DNA of 64,000 nt from positions 141,969-205,968 of the forward strand of contig CAWDWO010000026.1 in the NCBI GenBank assembly GCA_963806035.1, given 5' to 3'. Source of the stretch: Candidatus Krumholzibacteriota bacterium. GTDB lineage: Bacteria; Krumholzibacteriota; Krumholzibacteriia; JAJRXK01. Shown here piece after piece: positions 1 to 8,023 of the stretch. A program made the position numbers and the translations under genes. The notes below the pieces were generated by a model that had not been told where the DNA came from, made no database searches, and saw only the letters and a list, made by a program, of their open reading frames with translations. Each line of letters starts with the position of its first letter. Position 1 is the first letter of the stretch.

Positions 1-221
1 GCATTCTGGACCTTTCACACACCCGCGCCGGCAAAGCGTCTCATTGGACTTTGGGAGCTGATCTGGACTGCGGCCTCCGGGCGGACGCGAAGCTGGGACT
101 TCAGCGGGCGTGACCGGAGAGCCACGACTTCAGGAGAGCGCCGGTAGAACTCCCCCAATCGTCAAGGACGAGATTAGCTCTTTCTTTCCCCTTCCACCAG
201 GCAAGATCCTCGCCGGGCGCC

Positions 222-1337
222 TCAGAAGCTTCGCGCCAGGCTCAGCCCGGGCGCCTCTCCAACCCAGGCCACTCGCAAATCGACTCCCAGAGCGCCAATT
301 CGCCCGTTTTCCAGCGGTATGGGAGAATCGTCGGCCAGGAAGATCGCATCCGCCATGTTCAGGACCCAGAGCGCCCCCATGCCGAAAATTACCGCACGCC
401 TGCGTGATTTCGCGCTCTCGAGGTCCCCCTGAGCGGTGGCCCAGCTGGCTTTGGCCTCGGCCGTGGCTCCGCCCTGGCTCTCCTGAAGGGCGACCACGCG
501 TCCGGCATCCTGTTCGCTGACCTTGCGTTGGTCCACGAAGCGCTGCGTCTCCACCAGCGTCACCCCGGCCAGAAAGCCCAAGGATGACCACACGAGACCC
601 CGCGTCTCGTGGCCCAGGCGCGTCTGCCCGGATCCGGGATAGAGGAGCGAGAGCATGCCCACCCCCAGCGGGGAAGGCGGCCGGTAGCGGGCGGCGATGC
701 TGCGGGTGCCCGAGAGTTCGAAGCGGTAGGGTCCGCGCCGGACCGCGGCGTGGATGATGTTTCCCAGGTGGGCATAGAGCGCGAGATAGCCGTAGTTGTT
801 GCGCGTCTGTTCCTCGAGCCAGACCTCGTCTGCGAGGTGATTCGCCACGCGCTGGTAGGCCGGAGTGAGTTTATCCGCGGCCGAGGTCTGCGCCGCGACC
901 GCGTCCATGGTCTGCTGCCGATCGTTGACGCGCGCGGAGTAGCGAAAGACCTGTCCCAGGGCATTGCCCACTTCAGCCATCGGAACGAGCGCCGAGGCCG
1001 GCGAGAGATCGCGGAGCTGTCCCAGGCCGGGAACGAGGGTCGAGAGCAGAACACGGCTTCCGCGGCGGTCGGAAAGCACCACGCGGGTGCCCGCGTCCAT
1101 CGTGATCTGGGCCTGCCGGACCCCGTCGCGGTAGAGCTGCACTTGGTAGCGTCCCGGCGTGAGGTCGTCCATCGCGAGTGGCGCCATGGACGAACGCTTC
1201 ATGTCCTTTCCCTGAAGGACAATTTCGCTGTTGCTCACCTGTGATGTCACGCGAAACGCATTGGGCGAGTTCTCCTGCGCCCCGGCCGGAATCGCCATCG
1301 CGCAGAGGAGGAATAAAAATAGGATCATCGGACGCAT
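222..1337 (-). CDS. Secreted/membrane hypothetical protein: PEGA-like segment plus two DUF5683-like 'S..PG.GQ' units
   Basis: ATG 1337 after GAGG; signal peptide ILFLFLLCAMAIPAGA; DDLTPGRYQVQL; repeats LSTLVPGLGQ and LSLLYPGSGQ; ends PGLSLARSF. Confidence 0.65.
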   Translation of the reverse strand: MRPMILFLFLLCAMAIPAGAQENSPNAFRVTSQVSNSEIVLQGKDMKRSSMAPLAMDDLTPGRYQVQLYRDGVRQAQITMDAGTRVVLSDRRGSRVLLSTLVPGLGQLRDLSPASALVPMAEVGNALGQVFRYSARVNDRQQTMDAVAAQTSAADKLTPAYQRVANHLADEVWLEEQTRNNYGYLALYAHLGNIIHAAVRRGPYRFELSGTRSIAARYRPPSPLGVGMLSLLYPGSGQTRLGHETRGLVWSSLGFLAGVTLVETQRFVDQRKVSEQDAGRVVALQESQGGATAEAKASWATAQGDLESAKSRRRAVIFGMGALWVLNMADAIFLADDSPIPLENGRIGALGVDLRVAWVGEAPGLSLARSF

Positions 1338-1368
1338 AAGGACCTCTCGGCTGATGTTTACCGCGGAC

Positions 1369-1397
1369 AGTCTAGAACGGCGAGCGAAGGGAAGCAA
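1369..1397 (-). promoter_or_regulatory. Putative sigma70 promoter TTGCTT-17-TAGACT
   Basis: Read on minus strand about 30 nt upstream of ATG 1337. Confidence 0.45.
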
Positions 1398-1424
1398 TTG
1401 TTCAGGCTCGCGGAGCGCGTCGGT

Positions 1425-2930
1425 TCAGCTTCCGCTCTCCGGCTGGCCCCCCATCTCTTTCATCATCTCACGCGCCCGCAGAGCGGCACGGCTTCCCGGC
1501 ACCTGCTCGTCCACCCACTCCAAGTAGAGGCGGCTCAGCCTGGGGTTCTTCATCTCGTCGCGCGCGATTTCCGCCGCGCGCAGGAGCGCTTCGCCACCCC
1601 TTCGCTGTCTGCCCAGGATGTGGTGGATCTGCTCGAGTTGACGCAGAGCATCTTCGGTTTCGTGCAAAGCGAGGAGACAATCCACCGCGTGTTCGCGGGC
1701 GGCAATTCCCACCGCACCCGCCGAGGCGTGTCCGGAGATGAGACGCTGGTACTGCTCGAGCGCTCGATTGAGTTCGCTGGTGACAGTGCCCGCGTTGCCC
1801 CTGTCTCTCTGAATGTCCACCAGACGCATGGGGGCTTCCAAGCCGGCCGCCGTGTCCGGATAACGCTGGATGAGTCGGCGCAAGGTCTTCTGAGAGCTGG
1901 ACCAATCCGAGGCGTCCAAAAGAAGTTCGGATTTGCGCAGGAGGGCCGCCGCCGCGAGGCGAGACTGGTCGGGGAAATCATGCACGACCTCGTCCAGCGC
2001 GAGCATGGCGTCGTTGCGACGATTGAGATCCACGAGGATCTCCGCGCGACGCAGCTTCGCCAAACCGCGCAGGCTCTCGGTCTGTGCTTCCTTGATGACT
2101 CGCAGATAGAGCGAATCCGCGCGCTGTGGTTGGTTCAGGCCGTGCGCCAAAATCTCAGCTCGATCGAAGAGAGCATTCAAACGGTCTTCCGGATCAAGCT
2201 CGCGCGCTTCGTAACGGCCCAGACTTCGCTCCGCGTCTTTCCAACGGTGAGCCGCGATGTCCAGACGATGATCCAAGAAGGCCGCGCGGTCCCCGGTGCG
2301 CCTGCCCTGCCATTGCTTCTGCACCCATCCGTAAAATTGGTGACCCTCCACCCTACCCTTCTCGGTGAGAAGACTGTCGGCCTTACCGTCGAGATCTTGT
2401 ACCAACACCAAGGGCAAGCGCAGGATCTGGGGGTCGAGAGTACTGGGAGCCGGGGGCTCTTGCATGAGGGAGTAGAACTCTCCGTAGAGACTGACCGCGT
2501 CTTCCCATCGTTCCTGCGTGCGGGCCGACTCGGCGCGCAGCAACGCGGCCTGACGCCGCAGAATGATGGGCCCGGTGTCCTGGGCCGCGCGTAACTGGAC
2601 TTCCGCCAGGTCGAAACGCCCGGCGCGCAGGAAGGAATCGCCGGCCTGGATCCTTCCCCATGCCTGCAGCGAGGATAGTTCGGCCATGACCTTGGGGTCG
2701 CTCTTCCCGTGCACCTGACTCGGATCGGCACGTTGGGCGACCTCGATGTAGGCCAGCCCGGTGCGGTAGTAACCCTTGCGAATCTTGGGGTCCGCCTCCA
2801 GGGAGAAATTGATGGCTTCGCGTTCGGCCCAGTAGCGAGCACGTTCTGCCTGGTAGCGGGCGCGCATGTCCTGGCGGCCGCATCCGCACACGAGGATCAA
2901 GGAGAGGAAGAGGAGTCCGCGCGCTCTCAT
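1425..2930 (-). CDS. TPR-repeat lipoprotein
   Basis: MRARGLLFLSLILVCGC lipobox-like; repeated helical TPR-like motifs (ALFDRAEIL, AKLRRAEIL, ALLRAAEI); start overlaps upstream stop. Confidence 0.75.
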   Translation of the reverse strand: MRARGLLFLSLILVCGCGRQDMRARYQAERARYWAEREAINFSLEADPKIRKGYYRTGLAYIEVAQRADPSQVHGKSDPKVMAELSSLQAWGRIQAGDSFLRAGRFDLAEVQLRAAQDTGPIILRRQAALLRAESARTQERWEDAVSLYGEFYSLMQEPPAPSTLDPQILRLPLVLVQDLDGKADSLLTEKGRVEGHQFYGWVQKQWQGRRTGDRAAFLDHRLDIAAHRWKDAERSLGRYEARELDPEDRLNALFDRAEILAHGLNQPQRADSLYLRVIKEAQTESLRGLAKLRRAEILVDLNRRNDAMLALDEVVHDFPDQSRLAAAALLRKSELLLDASDWSSSQKTLRRLIQRYPDTAAGLEAPMRLVDIQRDRGNAGTVTSELNRALEQYQRLISGHASAGAVGIAAREHAVDCLLALHETEDALRQLEQIHHILGRQRRGGEALLRAAEIARDEMKNPRLSRLYLEWVDEQVPGSRAALRAREMMKEMGGQPESGS

Positions 2931-3769
2931 AGTCCACGGCTCCTGGGTTTCAGGAAAATTCGAATCGAGGCGTCCAGCGCGAGGAATCCGAACAAGAGAA
3001 AGATGGCGGCCTGCAGGGCCACCACCACCAGAACGATTTCTGGCCGTAGCTGAGCGGCCAGGCGAGTCGAGCGCTGCAGAATCAAGGACAGCGGAAGTCC
3101 CGCGAGCCAGGGCAAGAGAACGAAAGCCACAGGCCACTGTAGATCCTGGCGCGTCCGCCGGAAACTGGCCCCGATTGCGCGCGGCAATCCCCTGTCCTCA
3201 CGCAGAAGGTGCGCCGGCACGAAGAACAGGGGGCACAAGAGGAGCAGCGGAAGGAGGCTTCCGAAGGTGGTGATCAACGAGTGGATCCTGTAGGAAAGAT
3301 CAAATCGCGTGTTCAAAAGATAGATCGGCAAGCCGTAGAGGAGAATCCACCCCGCGATTTCCACACAGGTCAACAGGAAGAGGGGCAAGTAGTAATGAGC
3401 GCTGTCGCGGGCGGGCGTCTTGTTCTGTGTGCGTTCGTCACCCACGACGTGGTAGACGGCCAAACCGCACCAGGCCGCGACGAAGGGACTCACGAAAAGA
3501 TCCACCAGGAGCTTTCCCGCCGCGCCGGTCACCGGCAGTCCGATGAAGGATTCCGGGTAATGCAGGTAGTAGGAACCGAAGACCCTCTGCACGAAGGGGA
3601 CGACCGCGCCACCCCACAGGGGAAAGGTCGGATCCGCGCAAATCACGAATACCATGAGCTCCGCGGCGAAGGCGAAGAAGAGTACGACACGCACCCCGGC
3701 GCGCCGAAAGTCCAGGAATCCGAGGACGATCAGGCGAATGAGATCTTCGACGAAGCGCAGGAGGTTCAT
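2927..3769 (-). CDS. Multi-pass membrane hypothetical protein
   Basis: 280 aa with about 6 hydrophobic segments; 4-nt overlaps with both neighbours. Confidence 0.75.
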   Translation of the reverse strand: MNLLRFVEDLIRLIVLGFLDFRRAGVRVVLFFAFAAELMVFVICADPTFPLWGGAVVPFVQRVFGSYYLHYPESFIGLPVTGAAGKLLVDLFVSPFVAAWCGLAVYHVVGDERTQNKTPARDSAHYYLPLFLLTCVEIAGWILLYGLPIYLLNTRFDLSYRIHSLITTFGSLLPLLLLCPLFFVPAHLLREDRGLPRAIGASFRRTRQDLQWPVAFVLLPWLAGLPLSLILQRSTRLAAQLRPEIVLVVVALQAAIFLLFGFLALDASIRIFLKPRSRGL

Positions 3770-4401
3770 TGGCCTCCCCTCTCGTCAAAGTAGCGGAGCA
3801 CTTCTTCTCCGTAGCTATCCCAGCTGCGAGCCAGCCGCTTCTGAGCCACGCTCTCTCCTTCCACGTCGAGCACGGGGGTACTGAGCCGGAGCAGGAGCGC
3901 GTCGCGCGAGCTGCCGCGCAGGGAAGAAAGCATCTGGTCCAGTTTGAGGCCGAGCGCACTCGTCACCTGTCCACGACGTGTACGATAGGCGTACCACACG
4001 AGCCGTTTCTCTCCCTGTTTCTCGATCAATAGCTGGCGCATCACCGAATCGTCCTCGTGTACCACTTCGCTGTCGATGATTTCCCATCCCGCGCCCGGAT
4101 AGCAGTGCTCGGGAGCGTGCACCTGCGCGTTGGTTCTCTGCCCCGCGTAATAGCCGGCGTAGATCCAGACGGGAGCCCAGTCCTCGCTCTTCACTTCCAC
4201 GAAGCGATAGCGGTCGACCCCCAGCGCCTCGCGCGCTTGCAGCGAAACGGGGAGCACCGTCACCTGCGCCCCCTGAAGAATGCTGTCGGCGAAGTCCTTC
4301 GACCAATCCGCCTCCGCGACGGGAGTCTGAAGACGATGCGAGAGAAAAGCCACGCCGAGAAATCCAACTCCCAGGATGAGGGCACGAGGGGATCGTCTCA
4401 T
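3766..4401 (-). CDS. epsI: EpsI family exosortase-associated protein
   Basis: N-terminal TM; YAGYY...HAPEHCYPGAGWEI and LVWYAY...DALLLRLS motifs; directly downstream of exosortase. Confidence 0.85.
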   Translation of the reverse strand: MRRSPRALILGVGFLGVAFLSHRLQTPVAEADWSKDFADSILQGAQVTVLPVSLQAREALGVDRYRFVEVKSEDWAPVWIYAGYYAGQRTNAQVHAPEHCYPGAGWEIIDSEVVHEDDSVMRQLLIEKQGEKRLVWYAYRTRRGQVTSALGLKLDQMLSSLRGSSRDALLLRLSTPVLDVEGESVAQKRLARSWDSYGEEVLRYFDERGGQ

Positions 4402-5225
4402 GATCTCGTCCCCCGCCGGATGAACGCAGCCATCCCCAACACGATCACTCCCAGAGCGAAGCTCAGAAGTCCGCCTCCGAGATGAAAGAGGTTCTCCGCC
4501 GTCTCCGGTCCACCCAACTGCGCGCCGTAGCCGGTCAACACCAAGCGCAACAGATTGGCTCCCAGTGCCAGAGGCACCGAAAGGAGCAGCAAGAAGAGAG
4601 TGCGGCGCACCGAGAGACGCGCGGCCGCCGCGATGAAGGCGGCCAGTGCGCTCATCACCAAGAGACTGCGTAGCCCGCTGCAGGCCTCCACCACTTCCAG
4701 ATCGTATCCGGCGAAGTGCAGCAGATTCCCTTCTCTGGCCAGGGGAACCCCGCTCCAGTGCAAGACGAAGGCCGCCGCGGCCGAGGACATCCGCTGCAGA
4801 TGCGCGGTCGCACCGTAGTAGAGCACGTAGGGCCAGGGGACCAAGAGGAGCAGCGCGAGAAGCGGACCGCGCCAGGCGGAGACGATCTTGGCGGGAGCCA
4901 AGGCCTCGACTGCAGCGAGAACGGCCAGGATCAAGGACCAGCGCAAGAGGCTGTCGTTGGCCACCAACAGGCCGCCAACCGCCGCGAGCAGGGCCATGAG
5001 CGCCCAGCCCCACCAGATTGGAGCCAGCCCCCTCTCCCCGCTCTCATCGCCCTTCAAGCTGCGCCAGATCGCCAGCGCGATCAAAAGTCCGCCCAGGACG
5101 AGTCCGTGTCCGTAGTTGGGATCGGAAATGAGGTCCGCGACCCAGCCCTTGAAGATCTGCGCGTAGGCCAGCAGAAAGGCCAGCGTCGCGAAGGCAACGC
5201 TGAGGACGAGCCGCAAGTTCTTCAT
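4398..5225 (-). CDS. xrt: Exosortase (EpsH family transpeptidase)
   Basis: Multi-TM; Y.HG near N-terminus; VVEACSGLRS (catalytic Cys), ANLLR (Arg), FHLGGG (His). Confidence 0.92.
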   Translation of the reverse strand: MKNLRLVLSVAFATLAFLLAYAQIFKGWVADLISDPNYGHGLVLGGLLIALAIWRSLKGDESGERGLAPIWWGWALMALLAAVGGLLVANDSLLRWSLILAVLAAVEALAPAKIVSAWRGPLLALLLLVPWPYVLYYGATAHLQRMSSAAAAFVLHWSGVPLAREGNLLHFAGYDLEVVEACSGLRSLLVMSALAAFIAAAARLSVRRTLFLLLLSVPLALGANLLRLVLTGYGAQLGGPETAENLFHLGGGLLSFALGVIVLGMAAFIRRGTRS

Positions 5226-5301
5226 CGCGTCCCCCCGGGCACGATGTCCCTCCCGAATGCGCCCCCAAAAGGGACATGGATGAGCGGTATCCAGTCGACT
5301 G

Positions 5302-5324
5302 GGCCGCCCGTCGCACGGGCGGCC
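5302..5324. other. 10-bp GC hairpin without U-tract between PorV-like gene and exosortase
   Basis: GGCCGCCCGT-cgc-ACGGGCGGCC. Confidence 0.6.
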
Positions 5325-5336
5325 GGCGTCGAGAGA

Positions 5337-6266
5337 CTACTGCTTCATCCAGCGGAGGGAAAGCAAATGCGCCTGTCCCAGTTCCTTGTGCGGAACGTAG
5401 GCGTAATCCAGGGCCAATCCCGAGTGGGCGATGGTGAAGCCGAATCGCAGCGGAGAGAAGCTCGCCTGCTCCGAAGATTCGGTGAGCGCGACATAACCCG
5501 CGCGCAAATTGAGGATCCCGTGCATCCCCGACCACTGCGCGCCCAGAGCGAGGTCCTTGTCGCCATAACGGCGGTCGTTGTACTGAGCCACGAGTTCCAC
5601 ATCGTGCAGCCCCGGTGAAACCGCGACACCCGTTGCCAGACGCCGTGGCGGATCGTAGCTGCTGCCGTCATAGTTCAGGTAGCCGAAGAGATTGGTGCCG
5701 GACACCCCGATGCGTGCCGGTCCCACGTCCAGGAGCGCACCGAGATCGAAAGAGAAGCCGGTGCCCTTGGCCACCTCCAGGTTCTCCTGGATGTACTGCG
5801 CGCCCGCACCCAGGCTGAGCATGCCGAAGCGCATGGCATAGGCCGCGCCCAGGCTGAGATCCTGGGGCTCCAGAGAGCCCATCCGGTTGCCACTGGCGTC
5901 GAATCGCGGCACGCTCGCATGGTTCACCATGCGGCCCGTCAGCGCGAGTCCGGAGCGGCCCTTCTGCAGGGGCATCTGAATGGACAGGGCATTGACGCGC
6001 TGCTCGGCCAACCACAGCTCGTGGGTCAGGGTGGCGGTGCTGCTCGTCACCTGGGACCCGGCCGGGTTGGCGAAAGGCGAAATTCCGTGGCTGAATCGTG
6101 CAACATCCGCTCCACCCATGCCCGCACCCACCACGTCCACGGGAATGCTGAGGAAGGTGCCGCTGGTCTCTTGAGCCCAAGCGGATGGCGCCGCCACGCC
6201 GAGGAAGAGCAGGATGTAACCCGTGATGCTGAGAAAGTAATGGACTCGTCTTGATTGACGCTTCAT
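5337..6266 (-). CDS. PorV/PorQ (UPF0164)-like outer-membrane beta-barrel
   Basis: Signal peptide; GTFLSIPV..GAGMGGA..NPAG motif; amphipathic beta strands; LDYAYVP..LG..HLLSLRW C-terminus. Confidence 0.8.
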   Translation of the reverse strand: MKRQSRRVHYFLSITGYILLFLGVAAPSAWAQETSGTFLSIPVDVVGAGMGGADVARFSHGISPFANPAGSQVTSSTATLTHELWLAEQRVNALSIQMPLQKGRSGLALTGRMVNHASVPRFDASGNRMGSLEPQDLSLGAAYAMRFGMLSLGAGAQYIQENLEVAKGTGFSFDLGALLDVGPARIGVSGTNLFGYLNYDGSSYDPPRRLATGVAVSPGLHDVELVAQYNDRRYGDKDLALGAQWSGMHGILNLRAGYVALTESSEQASFSPLRFGFTIAHSGLALDYAYVPHKELGQAHLLSLRWMKQ

Positions 6267-6315
6267 CTGCAAGACTCTACGCTCCCTTTTCGACCCTCCC
6301 CACCCCAATGACTGG

Positions 6316-6331
6316 GCAGGATCCAAGCCAA
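6316..6331 (-). promoter_or_regulatory. Possible sigma54 -24/-12 element
   Basis: TTGGCTTGGATCCTGC (GG-N10-GC) about 50 nt upstream of PorV-like ATG. Confidence 0.35.
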
Positions 6332-6338
6332 ATTCCCC

Positions 6339-7340
6339 ATGTCTGACGCCAACTCACGCATTCGTTCGTTCCTGAGCCGGCACCTTTTCGCCTACCTTGC
6401 GGCTCTGGCGCTCCTCGTGGTGGTTCTCGCCTTCATCCTGGCGAGAAAGCCCCTACACGAGGCCTGGCAGGTCTTTGATCGTTCTCTCATCCTGCCGGTT
6501 CTCGCCCTGAGCCTGCTCAACTACTGGCTCCGTTTCGCCAAGTGGGACTTCCTCTTGAAGGCCCTGAAGATCCGCGTGCCCTTTGTGTCCAACGCGCGCA
6601 TCTACTTTTCTTGCCTCACCATGGTCGTGACTCCCTTCCGACTGGGTGAGGTCTACAAACTCGTCTTCCTGCGCCGCCAACACGGCCACTCGATCCAGAG
6701 CACCACTCCCGTGCTCCTGGTCGACCGGATCACCGATGCCTTCGCCCTGACCCTTCTGGCCCTGGTCGGGATCGGTAGCGGACAGAAGAACCTCCAACCG
6801 CGCCTGATCGCGCTCTTGCTGGTGACCCTCCTCGGCGGCTTCCTCTTGGGTCGTCCCTGGGTGCAGAAGCTGATGCTGCGGCTTCTGCGAAAGATTCCCT
6901 GGACGGCCAAGCGAGCCGACTCGTTGGGCGAAGCCCTGCGCGACGGTGCGCGACTCTTTTCCACCGCGAAACTTCTCCCCGCTCTTCTCTTGAGCTTGGG
7001 GGCATGGTTCGCGGAATGCGTGGGGCTCTATCTGATTCTCGTGGGGCTGGGGACGTCCATTCCCCTCGTCCAGGCCAGCTGGATCTATGCTGGCAGTACG
7101 ATCGCAGGGAATCTCACCTTGTTGCCGGGCGGCTTGGTGGGGACAGAAGCTCTTTTGATCGAGATTCTGCGCCAGTCCGGCATCACTCTCGCCACGGCGA
7201 CCGCGGCGACCCTGCTTGTTCGGGGAGCGACTCTATGGTTCGCGGTTCTTCTCGGTCTTGTCGTAACCTTCACTTCCCGGCGTGAGCTGCGGTGGAAAGA
7301 GCTTCGGCGAGAAACAGATTCTTATTCTTCTTCGCCGTAA
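6339..7340 (+). CDS. Lysylphosphatidylglycerol-synthase-TM / UPF0104 flippase-like protein
   Basis: RFAKW, TPFRLGE, DRITD, LPGGLVGTE motifs; multi-TM. Confidence 0.85.
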   Translation: MSDANSRIRSFLSRHLFAYLAALALLVVVLAFILARKPLHEAWQVFDRSLILPVLALSLLNYWLRFAKWDFLLKALKIRVPFVSNARIYFSCLTMVVTPFRLGEVYKLVFLRRQHGHSIQSTTPVLLVDRITDAFALTLLALVGIGSGQKNLQPRLIALLLVTLLGGFLLGRPWVQKLMLRLLRKIPWTAKRADSLGEALRDGARLFSTAKLLPALLLSLGAWFAECVGLYLILVGLGTSIPLVQASWIYAGSTIAGNLTLLPGGLVGTEALLIEILRQSGITLATATAATLLVRGATLWFAVLLGLVVTFTSRRELRWKELRRETDSYSSSP

Positions 7341-8023
7341 TAGCTGTACTCGTAGTAGTAGGGTAAGACTCGTGACGCGTTGTTGAGAACCACGCCAAGG
7401 ATGCGTGCGTTTGAATCATCGAGAATGTCTCGTGCCCGTTCGACGACTTCTCGTGGGGTGAGTCCACCCATGATCACCATCAAGATTCCATCCATCTCTC
7501 CCGCCAGGATCGTGGTATCCGCGACGGGCAATACCGGGGGCGCATCGAAGATGACGATTTCAAATCGTTTTCGCAAGTGCTCGACGGTATCGCTCAGATG
7601 CTGTCTTTCGAAGAGTGCTCCCGGGTGTTCCTCGCGGTACCCACTCGGGATCACTTGAAGAAAAGAGTGAGGAGTCGGCCGTAAGGCCTGATCGATCGAG
7701 CACTTCCCCTGCAGGATATCGCTGAGTCCCGGCTCACGCGGCATCTCGAAGAGCTTGTGGACGGTGGGACGGCGCAGATCGGCGTCGACCAAAACCGTGC
7801 GCGTGCGACGGTGACGCGCCACCGTGACGGCCAAATTCGCCGAGGTGGTGCTCTTTCCCTCGCCCCTCTCGGCGGAAGTTAACATCAGGACCTGTGCCGA
7901 GAGTTCCTTCAGCCGCGGACGCAGCTTGGTGTACATCCGTCGCATCTCGACTGCCAAGGGAGTCTCGAAATCCTTGGGATCGGTGGACAACAGAGACGAT
8001 TGCTGAACCTCGTTCTCTCTCAC
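7322..8023 (-). CDS. CpsD/CapB-type polysaccharide tyrosine autokinase
   Basis: Walker A GEGKST, VDADLRRP, FDAPP, Tyr-rich tail YYYEYSYY; GTG overlapping upstream TGA. Confidence 0.9.
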   Translation of the reverse strand: MRENEVQQSSLLSTDPKDFETPLAVEMRRMYTKLRPRLKELSAQVLMLTSAERGEGKSTTSANLAVTVARHRRTRTVLVDADLRRPTVHKLFEMPREPGLSDILQGKCSIDQALRPTPHSFLQVIPSGYREEHPGALFERQHLSDTVEHLRKRFEIVIFDAPPVLPVADTTILAGEMDGILMVIMGGLTPREVVERARDILDDSNARILGVVLNNASRVLPYYYEYSYYGEEE

